Assembly: GCF_009734345.1 (NCBI RefSeq)
Contig: NZ_CP032551.1
Location: 510,001-542,000, forward strand
DNA length: 32,000 nt
Reading direction: 5' to 3'
Source of the DNA: Pseudidiomarina andamanensis
GTDB lineage: Bacteria; Pseudomonadota; Gammaproteobacteria; Enterobacterales; Alteromonadaceae
In this document: positions 10,018 through 19,627 of the stretch, piece by piece
How the letters are laid out: the number at the start of each line of letters is the position of its first letter
How positions within the stretch are numbered: position 1 is the stretch's first letter
Program-made: the position numbers and the translations under genes
Notes under the pieces: generated by a model
Databases searched by the model: none
Seen by the model: only the letters and a program-made list of their open reading frames with translations
What the model was told of the DNA's origin: nothing

Positions 10018-12571
10018 GTTGCCACTGGGCTAACCAGGTTAGTGCTTCAATTGGCGTTAATTGGTTCACGTCTAAATCTGCCAGTGCTTGTTCAAACGCG
10101 CTCGGTTGAGCTTCAAACAGTGGCACCTGAACTGTCGATGATTTTGCAGGCGTAGCCTCGACAACACCGTGATGGTCATGTTCAAGTTGCTGCAGATAGA
10201 GTTTCGCTTGCTGCAACACCGAGCTTGGTAAACCAGCTAGTTGCGCAACTTGGACGCCAAAGCTTCGACTTGCCGCGCCGGTCTTCACCTTGTGTTGGAA
10301 CGCAATGCTATCACCGTGCTCAGTCGCTTCTACGTGAACGTTCAGTGCACCGTCGTGGTGCCCAATGGTTTGGGTGAGTTCAAAGTAATGCGTGGCAAAC
10401 AGCGTTAACGCACGATTTTTATCTAACAATGCTTCGGCGCAAGCCCAAGCCAAAGCCAATCCGTCATAAGTTGAGGTGCCACGACCGATTTCATCCATCA
10501 GTACCAAACTTTTGTCCGTTGCGTTGTGCAAAATATTCGCAGCCTCGGTCATTTCAACCATAAAGGTAGAACGGCCGGAAGCAAGATCATCTGACGCGCC
10601 GATACGAGTAAAAATTCGATCAATTGGGCCAAATACGGCCTTTGTTGCCGGAACAAAGCTGCCACAGTGCGCCATAATTGCGAGTAACGCGGTTTGCCGC
10701 ATATATGTGGATTTACCGCCCATATTTGGACCAGTAATCAGCAATAATCGTTGTTGCGGCGTCAAGCTCACATCATTGGCAATAAACGGTTCTTGCTGTA
10801 ATCGCTCAATCACTGGATGACGGGCATCGCTGAGCTCAATTTGAATTTGTTCAACGAGCTCTGGGCGTTGGTATTGATAAGTTAACGCTTGTTCAGCAAA
10901 ACTGCGTAACACATCAATTTCAGCCAATGCCATCGCGGTATGCTGCAATGGTTGTAGATGTTCGGCAATTTGCTCAATGAGGTTTTCGTATAACCATTTC
11001 TCCCGGGCTAGGGCACGGCTTTGGCTTTGCAGAACTTTGTCTTCGTAGGTTTTCAACTCAGGAATAATATAACGCTCGGCATTCTTCAAGGTTTGGCGAC
11101 GTTGGTAATCGGCTGGAATTTGCGCGCTCGCAGCACGGCTCGCTTCCAGGTAATAGCCATGAACTTTGTTGTAGCCGATTTTCAACGTCATGATACCCGT
11201 ACGTTGCCGCTCTCGAGTTTCAATTTGTTGCAGAAAATCGGTAGCGCCGGCAGCTAATTGACGTTGCTCATCAAGTTCCTCGTCAAAACCGTCACGAATC
11301 ACGCCACCATCGCGAATGAGCATCGGCGGCTGCTCGACAATGGCCTGCTCAAGTAAATCGGCAAGCTCCGGAAACGTTGCAATGGCTTGTTGCCAGACTA
11401 CGAGATCAGGGTGCTCAATAAGCTCCTGAATGCTCGGCAACGTTTGTAGAGCAATACGTAATCTTGCCAGATCACGAGGGCGTGCACTGCGCAAACCAAT
11501 ACGTGTCAAAATACGTTCAATATCGCCTATGTGACGTAACTGCTGATGTAGCTCGTGAAAATCTATGTGTTGCAATGCGCCAACGGCGTTGTAGCGACGG
11601 CTCAGTTGTTGATGCTGGCGTAAAGGGCGTTGCAACCAACGTTGCAGCAAGCGGCTTCCCATTGCGGTACTGGTGTTATCAAGTACATCAAACAAAGCAG
11701 TTTTCTGTCCGCTCAATGAGCGCACCAGTTCTAAGTTTCGACGCGTTGCTGCATCGAGCATAATCGCATCGTCGTAGCGCTCAGCAACAATTGAGGTAAT
11801 ATGCGGTAACGCCGCTCGCTGAGTAGCTTTCACGTAATTTAAAATGGCTCCAGCGGCGCCTATTGCAGTATGCAGGTGACGAATACCAAATCCATCGAGA
11901 TGCGCAACTTGAAATTGACGTAGCAAAAGTTGTTCCGAACTCGCTTGGTCAAACTCCCATTCGGGGCGTCGTCGGCAGCAGCTGCAATTCAATTCTTTGT
12001 CACTAAACTGCCAAGTTTCTGGGTATAACACCTCGGCTGGTTGCAAGCGCTCGAGTTCTGCGCGCAGTTGTTCACGACTAGCGGCTTCGAGTACCGTGAA
12101 ACGACCGCTTGCCATATCAAGACAGGCAATACCGAAATTATCGCCAGGATTCACCGCAACGAGTAAATTTTCTTGAGCTGCTGGAAGCAGGGCTTCATCG
12201 GTTAGAGTACCTGGCGTAAGAATGCGTACAACTTGGCGTTCTACGGGGCCTTTGCTGGTTGCTGGGTCGCCGATTTGCTCGCAAATAGCGACAGATTCAC
12301 CAAGTTCGAGTAATCGAGCCAAGTAATTTTCAGCTGCATGGTAGGGCACGCCAGCCATTGGAATGGGCTGGCCGTTGCTACTACCTCTGGCGGTGAGTGA
12401 GATATCGAGTAACTCCGCAGCACGTTTCGCGTCATCATAGAAAAGTTCGTAAAAATCCCCCATTCGATAGAATAATAAGGTATCAGCATGTTCTGCTTTT
12501 ATCCGCAGATATTGCTGCATCATGGGGGTATGTGTTGAAATTTTTTGCGAGTTATTTTGTGCGTTCGACAT
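9995..12571 (-). CDS. mutS: DNA mismatch repair protein MutS
   Basis: 858 aa. [16 protein letters not shown], the mismatch-binding GDFYELF motif, and the Walker A motif GPNMGGKST. Convergent with rpoS, as in enterics, but only 42 bp separate the two. Confidence 0.98.
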   Translation of the reverse strand: MSNAQNNSQKISTHTPMMQQYLRIKAEHADTLLFYRMGDFYELFYDDAKRAAELLDISLTARGSSNGQPIPMAGVPYHAAENYLARLLELGESVAICEQIGDPATSKGPVERQVVRILTPGTLTDEALLPAAQENLLVAVNPGDNFGIACLDMASGRFTVLEAASREQLRAELERLQPAEVLYPETWQFSDKELNCSCCRRRPEWEFDQASSEQLLLRQFQVAHLDGFGIRHLHTAIGAAGAILNYVKATQRAALPHITSIVAERYDDAIMLDAATRRNLELVRSLSGQKTALFDVLDNTSTAMGSRLLQRWLQRPLRQHQQLSRRYNAVGALQHIDFHELHQQLRHIGDIERILTRIGLRSARPRDLARLRIALQTLPSIQELIEHPDLVVWQQAIATFPELADLLEQAIVEQPPMLIRDGGVIRDGFDEELDEQRQLAAGATDFLQQIETRERQRTGIMTLKIGYNKVHGYYLEASRAASAQIPADYQRRQTLKNAERYIIPELKTYEDKVLQSQSRALAREKWLYENLIEQIAEHLQPLQHTAMALAEIDVLRSFAEQALTYQYQRPELVEQIQIELSDARHPVIERLQQEPFIANDVSLTPQQRLLLITGPNMGGKSTYMRQTALLAIMAHCGSFVPATKAVFGPIDRIFTRIGASDDLASGRSTFMVEMTEAANILHNATDKSLVLMDEIGRGTSTYDGLALAWACAEALLDKNRALTLFATHYFELTQTIGHHDGALNVHVEATEHGDSIAFQHKVKTGAASRSFGVQVAQLAGLPSSVLQQAKLYLQQLEHDHHGVVEATPAKSSTVQVPLFEAQPSAFEQALADLDVNQLTPIEALTWLAQWQQKMRTSK

Positions 12572-12623
12572 GCCTGTTATTATCCGTGTAGAGTCGATAT
12601 ACCGCGTATAAGGGAATAGTCAA

Positions 12624-13106
12624 ATGGTATCACAAACACGTCACGATTTAGCAGTAGATTTAGGTAAGTGGTTGCAACAACGTCAATGGCAAATTGTTAC
12701 GGCAGAGTCCTGCACAGGTGGCGGAATCGGTTATGCTATTAGTTCGATTCCTGGCAGCTCAGCATGGTTTGCCGGTGGCTTTATCACCTATACCAATACC
12801 TTGAAACATGAGTTACTAAATGTACCGAATGTTACTTTGGCACGCTACGGTGCCGTTTCCAGTGAAACTGCAGCTGCCATGGCTACTGGTGCGCTGGCAA
12901 ATAGCGGCGGTGATGTGGTCATTGCGGTAACCGGCATTGCTGGCCCCGATGGTGGTACACCAGAAAAGCCCGTTGGTTTGGTTTGGTTTGGGTTGGCTTG
13001 GGAAAACCACTGTATAACTTGGCATAAAGTGTTTGAAGGGAGTCGAACACAAGTTCGAAAGGCCACAATTGACGAGGCTTTACGAAGTTTTGAAAAAATT
13101 ACTTGA
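12624..13106 (+). CDS. pncC: Nicotinamide-nucleotide amidohydrolase PncC (CinA C-terminal domain protein, YgaD-like)
   Basis: 160 aa with TAESCTGGGIGYAISSIPGSS ... AVTGIAGPDGG. AGGGAA Shine-Dalgarno. Immediately upstream of recA, as in E. coli ygaD-recA. Confidence 0.88.
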   Translation: MVSQTRHDLAVDLGKWLQQRQWQIVTAESCTGGGIGYAISSIPGSSAWFAGGFITYTNTLKHELLNVPNVTLARYGAVSSETAAAMATGALANSGGDVVIAVTGIAGPDGGTPEKPVGLVWFGLAWENHCITWHKVFEGSRTQVRKATIDEALRSFEKIT

Positions 13107-13117
13107 TACTGTATAAA
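13090..13117 (+). promoter_or_regulatory. recA sigma-70 promoter
   Basis: TTGAAA (13090-13095), a 16-nt spacer, then TATAAA (13112-13117). The -10 element is embedded in the LexA box, as in the E. coli recA promoter. Confidence 0.6.
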
Positions 13118-13126
13118 TTTACAGTA
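13107..13126. promoter_or_regulatory. LexA (SOS) box
   Basis: TACTGTATAAATTTACAGTA fits the gammaproteobacterial consensus TACTG(TA)5CAGTA, with CTGT-N8-ACAG intact. It starts 1 nt after the pncC stop and lies about 40 nt upstream of the recA ATG. Confidence 0.92.
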
Positions 13127-13164
13127 CACTTAGTTACAACATGACCAACAGAACGGACATTAAC

Positions 13165-14232
13165 ATGAGCAACGATAAACAAAAAGCACTCGACGCCGCG
13201 TTAGGGCAAATTGAACGCCAGTTTGGTAAAGGTTCAATTATGCGCTTGGGTGATAACCAAGCAATGGACATCGAGTCAGTTTCAACTGGTTCATTAACAT
13301 TAGATATCGCGCTTGGTATTGGCGGACTTCCATTTGGCCGTGTCGTTGAGATTTACGGGCCAGAATCAAGCGGTAAAACAACGCTAACATTACAAGTTAT
13401 TGCGGAAGCCCAGAAGAAAGGAAAGACCTGTGCGTTTGTTGATGCTGAACACGCTCTTGATCCTGTGTATGCCGAAAAGCTGGGTGTAAACGTTGACGAG
13501 TTACTTGTTTCGCAACCTGATACCGGTGAACAAGCGCTAGAAATTTGTGACATGCTGGTGCGCTCGGGTGCCGTTGATGTGGTTGTTGTCGACTCGGTTG
13601 CGGCGTTAACGCCAAAAGCTGAAATTGAAGGCGAAATGGGTGATAGCCATGTTGGTTTGCAAGCGCGTTTAATGTCGCAAGCTTTACGTAAATTGACTGC
13701 GAACATCAAAAAGTCAAACAGCATGTGTATTTTCATCAACCAAATTCGAATGAAAATTGGCGTAATGTTTGGTAACCCAGAAACCACAACGGGTGGTAAC
13801 GCGTTGAAGTTCTACTCGTCTGTACGTCTCGATATTCGTCGCACTGGTGCGGTAAAAGAAGGTGACGAAGTTGTGGGTAACGAAACCCGAGTGAAAGTCG
13901 TGAAAAACAAAGTAGCGCCACCGTTCAAGCAAGCTGAGTTCCAAATCATGTACGGCGCTGGTATTTCGAAAGAAGGTGAGTTGATTGATCTTGGTGTGAA
14001 GCAGAAGATCATTGATAAAGCTGGTGCATGGTATAGCTACAAAGGCGATAAAATTGGCCAAGGTAAAGCCAATGCCATGAAATTTATGATTGATAACCCA
14101 GCCGTTGCCGCGGATATCGAACAACAAATTCGTGAACAGCTATTAGCGAAGCCTGTGAAAGGCGGTAAGGCAGCAGCTGCCGAAGTTGCTGATGCGAAAG
14201 ATGATGTTATGATGGATGACGATCTAATCTAA
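13165..14232 (+). CDS. recA: Recombinase RecA
   Basis: [29 protein letters not shown]... with Walker [10 protein letters not shown]; near-collinear with E. coli RecA. I prefer the ATG at 13165 over the ORF-track 13141 by N-terminal alignment. Confidence 0.98.
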   Translation: MSNDKQKALDAALGQIERQFGKGSIMRLGDNQAMDIESVSTGSLTLDIALGIGGLPFGRVVEIYGPESSGKTTLTLQVIAEAQKKGKTCAFVDAEHALDPVYAEKLGVNVDELLVSQPDTGEQALEICDMLVRSGAVDVVVVDSVAALTPKAEIEGEMGDSHVGLQARLMSQALRKLTANIKKSNSMCIFINQIRMKIGVMFGNPETTTGGNALKFYSSVRLDIRRTGAVKEGDEVVGNETRVKVVKNKVAPPFKQAEFQIMYGAGISKEGELIDLGVKQKIIDKAGAWYSYKGDKIGQGKANAMKFMIDNPAVAADIEQQIREQLLAKPVKGGKAAAAEVADAKDDVMMDDDLI

Positions 14233-14258
14233 CTCTCTTTTTTCAGGATGTTGTTACC

Positions 14259-15293
14259 ATGAGTCAGTATGTTCAAGTCGCATTAGCGTTGGGTTCAGGC
14301 GCAGCGCGCGGATGGTCGCACATTGGTGTGATCAAAGCCCTAAAAGATATGGGCATTGAAGTTAACATGGTTGCAGGCACTTCAATCGGCTCCCTCGTGG
14401 GAGCCGGTTTTGCTTCTGGACGTCTGACCGAGCTCGAAGAATGGGTTCGAGACATGGGGCGTTGGGAAGTCTTCAATTTACTCGATTTTGGTTTTAGCCA
14501 CGGCGGTATAATTCAAGGTGAAAAGGTTTTTAGCCATGCCCGTGAATTATTTGGCGCCATTAATATTGAAGATATGCCAATTACCTACGGCGCCGTCGCG
14601 ACCGATTTATTTACTGGTCGCGAAATATGGCTACGTAAAGGCGATGTCTACGATGCTTCTCGTGCGTCGTGTTCAATGCCGGGGCTATTAGCGCCAACAG
14701 GCGTTAAAGGACGCTGGCTTGTCGACGGCGGCTTGGTGAATCCAGTTCCAGTCTCCTTATGCCGTGCTCTCGGCTCTGATTTCGTGATTGCAGTGAACTT
14801 GAATTCACAGCTCACAACAACAGCTATTGAGGCTCGCAATAAATACGTAGCGCCAGGTCATGAACATCTTCGTCATCATCAATCTGAGCCTCAGGCCGAT
14901 GTGCATGGCCATAATACGCCAACCACAACCGAAGCTTCCGATGAGGGGGCACATCCAAGCGAAGATGCTGAGCAAGGATTTTTTAAAAGCTTTCTTTCAA
15001 CCAGTCAGCAATACTGGGATTCAATGAAAGATAAGTTTAATGGCCAATCTTATAAGGCGCCGGGTATGTTAGGTGTCATGGCTGGCTCGATAGATATTAT
15101 GCAAGAGCGTATTACTAAGGCTCGATTGGCTGGCGATCCGCCGGATATCTTAATTCAACCAAAACTCGGCCACATTAGTTTGATGGAATTTGAGCGCGGT
15201 AATGAAGCAATTGACGTGGGCTATGAGACAACAATGCGGATGAAGGATTTTATTCTGTCCGAGTTACAACTCTTTTCCGAACGTCGCGGTTGA
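14259..15293 (+). CDS. Patatin-like phospholipase (RssA/YchK-like)
   Basis: 344 aa with an oxyanion motif GSGAARG, the nucleophile elbow GTSIGS (G-x-S-x-G) and a catalytic Asp in VDGG. A His/Thr/acidic low-complexity insert (HEHLRHHQSEPQADVHGHNTPTTTEASDEGAHPSEDAEQ) separates the core from the C-terminal region. Confidence 0.85.
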   Translation: MSQYVQVALALGSGAARGWSHIGVIKALKDMGIEVNMVAGTSIGSLVGAGFASGRLTELEEWVRDMGRWEVFNLLDFGFSHGGIIQGEKVFSHARELFGAINIEDMPITYGAVATDLFTGREIWLRKGDVYDASRASCSMPGLLAPTGVKGRWLVDGGLVNPVPVSLCRALGSDFVIAVNLNSQLTTTAIEARNKYVAPGHEHLRHHQSEPQADVHGHNTPTTTEASDEGAHPSEDAEQGFFKSFLSTSQQYWDSMKDKFNGQSYKAPGMLGVMAGSIDIMQERITKARLAGDPPDILIQPKLGHISLMEFERGNEAIDVGYETTMRMKDFILSELQLFSERRG

Positions 15294-15408
15294 AAAGACA
15301 AAAGCGATATTAGCACTTAGATATTAGACAGAAAAAAGGCGCCTTGCGGCGCCTTTTGTTTTTGGTCTTTAGCTAATATCTAATATCCAATAGCTAATAT
15401 CGTCTTTG
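15294..15408. repeat. Extended imperfect palindrome filling the convergent patatin/putP spacer; member of a 7-bp-periodic intergenic repeat family
   Basis: Outer arms are AAAGAC (15295-15300) / GTCTTT (15402-15407). Inner arms are GATATTAGCACTTAGATATTAGA (15306-15328) and its partner TCTAATATCCAATAGCTAATATC (15379-15401), each with two perfectly complementary 9-mers. A GC-rich terminator hairpin sits at the centre. It carries the 14-nt box GAAAAGACAAAAGC (15292-15305), which also occurs at 29274-29287. Confidence 0.7.
15334..15363. terminator. Bidirectional rho-independent terminator (patatin gene on +, putP on -)
   Basis: AAAAGGCGCC (15334-15343), loop TTGC, GGCGCCTTTT (15348-15357). It is followed by a T-rich run (TTTTGTTTTT) and preceded by an A-run, so it can serve both strands. 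Confidence 0.85.
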
Positions 15409-15411
15409 CAC

Positions 15412-16935
15412 TTATGAGTGAATGACTTTTTCCATTTCATCGAACGTATCTTGCAAGTCTTTTGTTGGCTCAGCTGTTAGTAAGCTGACAACGATCACCG
15501 CAATTGAACATACAATGAAGCCTGGAATGATTTCATAAACGACGCTACTCAATGTCGCGCCATCTGCAAGTATCGGTGCATAGATCCAGAACAATACCGT
15601 TGCTGCACCTAGTACCATGCCAGCTAATGCGCCATGACGGTTCATTCGCTTCCAGAACAGACTTAGGATGATGACAGGGCCAAATGCCGCACCGAAACCA
15701 GCCCATGCGTTGGCGACCAGACCTAGAATTGTATTATTTGGGTCCCATGCAAGTGCAATGGCAACCAAAGAGACTAACAGCACCGAAATTCGACCCACGG
15801 TGACGAGTTCTCGGTCGCTTGCATCACGACGCAAGAATGCTTTGTAGAAGTCTTCAGTTAATGAGCTTGAGGTCACTAAGAGTTGTGACGAAATCGTACT
15901 CATAATTGCCGCTAAAATGGCTGCTAATAAGAAGCCCGAAATAAGAGGATGGAACAGAAACTGCGAGAAAATGATGAAGATAGTTTCAGCATCTTTCAAC
16001 TGCATCTTCGTTTCCGCCACATATGCGATTCCAACGAAGCCGGTAACCATGGCGCCGATAATTGATACGAACATCCAACTAATACCAATGCGACGAGCGG
16101 TTGGAATATCCTTAACCGAGCGAATCGCCATAAAGCGGACGATAATATGCGGCTGGCCGAAGTAACCAAGGCCCCAAGCAAGCAAGGAAATAATACCCAG
16201 AATTGATAGCTGATTTAGCATGGGGTCAGCAATCGAGGCATCGCGGAAGAATTCCAAAAAGTCCGGATTAATCGATTCAACCGTATTGCTCACCTGCGTC
16301 ATGCCACCTAAGTCAAAGATAGCGACAATTGGCACTAAGACTAGGGCGACGAACATAATACAGCCCTGCACAAAATCGGTCATCGATACGGCTAAGAAGC
16401 CACCGAATAGGGTATAGGCGCAAACAACACCAGCGGTTACCCAAAGGCCTAAGCTGTAATCAAGACCAAACGCAGAGCTTGCGAATAGCTTACCGCCCGC
16501 GACTAAACTTGCGGACGTGTATAAGGTGAAGAAGATAATGATAACCACGGATGAGAATACGCGTAACATGCGTGTTTTATCATCAAAACGATTCGCAAAG
16601 TAATCCGGTATGGTAATGGAATCGTTGGCCACTTCGGTGTATGTACGTAACCGTGGTGCAACAATGAGGTAGTTTAAATAGGCACCAATGAGCAAACCTA
16701 CAGCAATCCACAATTGTGAGACGCCTGAGACGTAGATAGCTCCTGGAAGCCCCATAAGCATCCAACCACTCATATCTGACGCACCTGCGGATAGCGCAGT
16801 AACTCCAGGGCCTAGAGCTCTTCCCCCAAGCATATAGCCAGAGACATCATCGGTGGATTTTTTATAGGCATACAAACCAATGCCTAACATGGCAATAAAA
16901 TAGAGTGCTAATGAAACGAGCGTACCTGTTTCCAA
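15412..16935 (-). CDS. putP: Sodium/proline symporter (SSS family)
   Basis: 507 aa and collinear with E. coli PutP (YMLGGRALGP.VTALSAGASDMSGWMLMGLPGA; GYFGQPHI..RFMA; AWAGFGAAFGPV). The inferred start is TTG at 16935, with AGGAG 7 nt upstream embedded in the last codons of sapF. The next in-frame ATG would delete most of TM1. Confidence 0.9.
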   Translation of the reverse strand: METGTLVSLALYFIAMLGIGLYAYKKSTDDVSGYMLGGRALGPGVTALSAGASDMSGWMLMGLPGAIYVSGVSQLWIAVGLLIGAYLNYLIVAPRLRTYTEVANDSITIPDYFANRFDDKTRMLRVFSSVVIIIFFTLYTSASLVAGGKLFASSAFGLDYSLGLWVTAGVVCAYTLFGGFLAVSMTDFVQGCIMFVALVLVPIVAIFDLGGMTQVSNTVESINPDFLEFFRDASIADPMLNQLSILGIISLLAWGLGYFGQPHIIVRFMAIRSVKDIPTARRIGISWMFVSIIGAMVTGFVGIAYVAETKMQLKDAETIFIIFSQFLFHPLISGFLLAAILAAIMSTISSQLLVTSSSLTEDFYKAFLRRDASDRELVTVGRISVLLVSLVAIALAWDPNNTILGLVANAWAGFGAAFGPVIILSLFWKRMNRHGALAGMVLGAATVLFWIYAPILADGATLSSVVYEIIPGFIVCSIAVIVVSLLTAEPTKDLQDTFDEMEKVIHS

Positions 16936-16939
16936 AGCC

Positions 16940-17755
16940 TTACTCCTGTGTTGTTGTGTGTTTAAGCGCTTTATTCAATTGTTCCGATTGCAACAATAGT
17001 TTGGTTAATTGTTCCTTCGGATTTGTTAGTAGCGCCTGTGTCGAATCAAACTCAATCATTTTACCACGATGCATTATTAAGATCTTGTCAGCAACGTGAC
17101 GCACGATCTCCGGCGAATGTGATGCGAAAATGAACGAAATACCCATATCTTCTTGAAGATCGAGTATAAGGTTAATAATTTGAGCTCTAATTGATGGATC
17201 CAATGAGGCGAATGCCTCATCTGCCACGATAATTTGAGGTTCAAGAATAATTGCGCGAGCAATACAGACCCGTTGTTGTTGACCACTGGAGAGCATATGG
17301 GGATAAAAATCAAAGTGATCAGGTAATAAGCCAACTTTCTGTAAAGTCACGTAAACGTGTTCTTGTCTCTCAGCAGGGGACCATGCGGTATTAAACAATA
17401 GCGACTCTAATAGTTGTTTACCGATAGTCAGCTGCGGATTAAGTGAGCTTAAACTGTCTTGAAATATCATTCTAATTTCGCGGCAACGTTGCTGATAGTT
17501 GGCAGGATCAAGTAACTCACCGTTTAGGTAAATCTCACCAGAACTAGGCACTTCAGCGCCTGCAATCAGTTTCGCTAAGGTCGATTTGCCAGAACCGGTT
17601 TCCCCCATAATTGCAATCGTTTCGCCGCGTTTCACCGAAAAGCTAATTGGCTCCAGAGCACAGACTCGAGTAGGGCGGAGCCAGCCATTTTTAAAGCTGT
17701 AATATTTGCTTAAGTTGCGAACTTCGAGCAGATCAGTCATGACTCTCAACCTCAA
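16940..17755 (-). CDS. sapF: Peptide/putrescine-type ABC transporter ATP-binding protein SapF
   Basis: 271 aa with Walker A GETGSGKS and signature LSSGQQQR. It is the fifth gene of a Sap-type (Opp/Dpp-family) operon adjacent to pspF. Confidence 0.8.
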   Translation of the reverse strand: MRLRVMTDLLEVRNLSKYYSFKNGWLRPTRVCALEPISFSVKRGETIAIMGETGSGKSTLAKLIAGAEVPSSGEIYLNGELLDPANYQQRCREIRMIFQDSLSSLNPQLTIGKQLLESLLFNTAWSPAERQEHVYVTLQKVGLLPDHFDFYPHMLSSGQQQRVCIARAIILEPQIIVADEAFASLDPSIRAQIINLILDLQEDMGISFIFASHSPEIVRHVADKILIMHRGKMIEFDSTQALLTNPKEQLTKLLLQSEQLNKALKHTTTQE

Positions 17756-18731
17756 TTAAAGGGAAATGACAGGCAAACTGGTGTTGCTTCACTTTACTTA
17801 AACGTGGCTGATGTATACACGAGCGACGCGCATTGGGGCAGCGAGGGCCAAGGCGACAGCCAATCGGCATGTGTTGCAAAGTCGGTATTGCTCCAGTTAA
17901 TGTTGGCAACCGGGTTTTTGCGGCAACATCCTGATTAAAGAAACTCATCTTCAACATGGCATCGGTATAAGGATGAAACGGCTCAGTCATGATTTTTTCA
18001 GTTGGGCCTGTCTCCATGAGCTGACCGCAGTATACTAGACTCATCCGCTGGGTTTCCGGGATAATCGCCGTCAAATCTTGCGTGATCATTAAAATGCTCA
18101 TACCTTGACTTGCACTTAATTTTGCCAATAACCGATAGATTTGATTGCGTGTGTTAGGCTCCATGGCGGTAGTCGGCTCATCCGCAATCAGCAACTTTGG
18201 ATTGTGAGCAATGGCCATGGCAATGCTGACTTTTTGCGCAATGCCTTCCGAAAGCTGTTGCGGGTAACTGTTCATGACCTTTTCGGCATCTTTGATGCCG
18301 ACGCGATGTAGCAAGCGCTCAGCGCGGACCGTGCGCGTCGCCTTGCGGCGTAGATAAATACCTTTGAGTTCACTCTTTGGAATGGTTTCGCGCAATTGCT
18401 CGCCAATTTTGGTGTTTGGATCAAGGTAACTTCCCGGGTTTTGAAAGATCATCGCCATATCACGCCCCGTCACCAGACGCCGTTGTACCGGATTCAGCGC
18501 TAATAAGTCGTAATGGCGCCACCACAGTCTATCTGCGGTGATTTTCCAGCGCGGATTAATAAACCCCATAATTGCTTTGGCGAGCAAGCTTTTGCCTGAC
18601 CCTGATTCACCCACTAGTGTATGAATCTCACTTTCGGCAAGCTGCAAGCTGAGCTTGTCGAGAACTTTGACCATTCCGGCACTGGTCTCGAGCTCAATGG
18701 TTAGATTGCGTATGTCTAGAATATTGCTCAT
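17733..18731 (-). CDS. sapD: ABC transporter ATP-binding protein SapD
   Basis: 332 aa with Walker A GESGSGKS, signature LSEGIAQK and an Opp/Dpp-type C-terminal extension containing Cys residues. Overlaps sapF by 23 nt and sapC by ATGA. Confidence 0.8.
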   Translation of the reverse strand: MSNILDIRNLTIELETSAGMVKVLDKLSLQLAESEIHTLVGESGSGKSLLAKAIMGFINPRWKITADRLWWRHYDLLALNPVQRRLVTGRDMAMIFQNPGSYLDPNTKIGEQLRETIPKSELKGIYLRRKATRTVRAERLLHRVGIKDAEKVMNSYPQQLSEGIAQKVSIAMAIAHNPKLLIADEPTTAMEPNTRNQIYRLLAKLSASQGMSILMITQDLTAIIPETQRMSLVYCGQLMETGPTEKIMTEPFHPYTDAMLKMSFFNQDVAAKTRLPTLTGAIPTLQHMPIGCRLGPRCPNARRSCIHQPRLSKVKQHQFACHFPLIEVESHD

Positions 18732-19627
18732 GTGCCGCGTACCCGTTCTTGAATTGCTGCGCGTAGACTATCACCGAGTACGTTGATAGAAAGTACCGTC
18801 AAAAACAGCGCTACCCCCGGTAAAACCATTGTCCACGGTAACAAATAGACTTGATCGAGGCTACGCGCGAGCATGGTGCCCCATTCGGGTGCCGGTGCTT
18901 GCACACCTAAGCCAAGAAAACCGAGTGCAGCAATATCGAGAATTGCCGTCGATAATGCGAAGGTAACTTGCATGACCACGACTGACGTAATGTTCGGGAA
19001 AATAACGCGAGTTAAAATATACCACCGCGAGCAGCCATTTAATTTCGACGCAATCACATATTCTTTGTTGCGCTCTTCATAAAAGGCATTGTGTACGCTA
19101 TGAATAAATTGTGGAATCAGTACCAAGGTTATCGCAATCATCACCGTATGCAGAGCCGGGCCTAAAATAGCAATGATAATCAGCGCCAATAATAATGATG
19201 GAATGGATAGCACCACATCGAGCAAATGGTTCAGCGTTGATGACTGAACCCCGCGACTCATACCCGCCCAGGCGCCGATTGCGATACCAATCATGGACGC
19301 AACGGCGGTTGCAATTAATGGGTAACCAAGACTATAGACTGCGCCACTGAGCACGCGAGACAGAAGATCACGCCCTAAATCGTCGGTGCCGAAGAGGAAG
19401 CTTATTTCGCCGTTATCGTGCCACGCCGGTGGTTGCGATACTGCATCGCTGAATTGTGCATCAGGACTGTAAGGCGCGATAAGCGGCGACAACACCATCA
19501 ACAACAGCATAAAACTAAAAATATAAAATGCGGCTATCGCAAACGGATTGGTATTCATGTGCAACCACAGCGAACGCAGCGGCGAAGGTTCGCGATACTG
19601 ATAATAGATACTGCGATTATTCGGCAT
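18728..19627 (-). CDS. sapC: ABC transporter permease SapC
   Basis: 299 aa, a polytopic BPD-type permease of the DppC/OppC class. Size and position match E. coli SapC. Confidence 0.8.
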   Translation of the reverse strand: MPNNRSIYYQYREPSPLRSLWLHMNTNPFAIAAFYIFSFMLLLMVLSPLIAPYSPDAQFSDAVSQPPAWHDNGEISFLFGTDDLGRDLLSRVLSGAVYSLGYPLIATAVASMIGIAIGAWAGMSRGVQSSTLNHLLDVVLSIPSLLLALIIIAILGPALHTVMIAITLVLIPQFIHSVHNAFYEERNKEYVIASKLNGCSRWYILTRVIFPNITSVVVMQVTFALSTAILDIAALGFLGLGVQAPAPEWGTMLARSLDQVYLLPWTMVLPGVALFLTVLSINVLGDSLRAAIQERVRGT

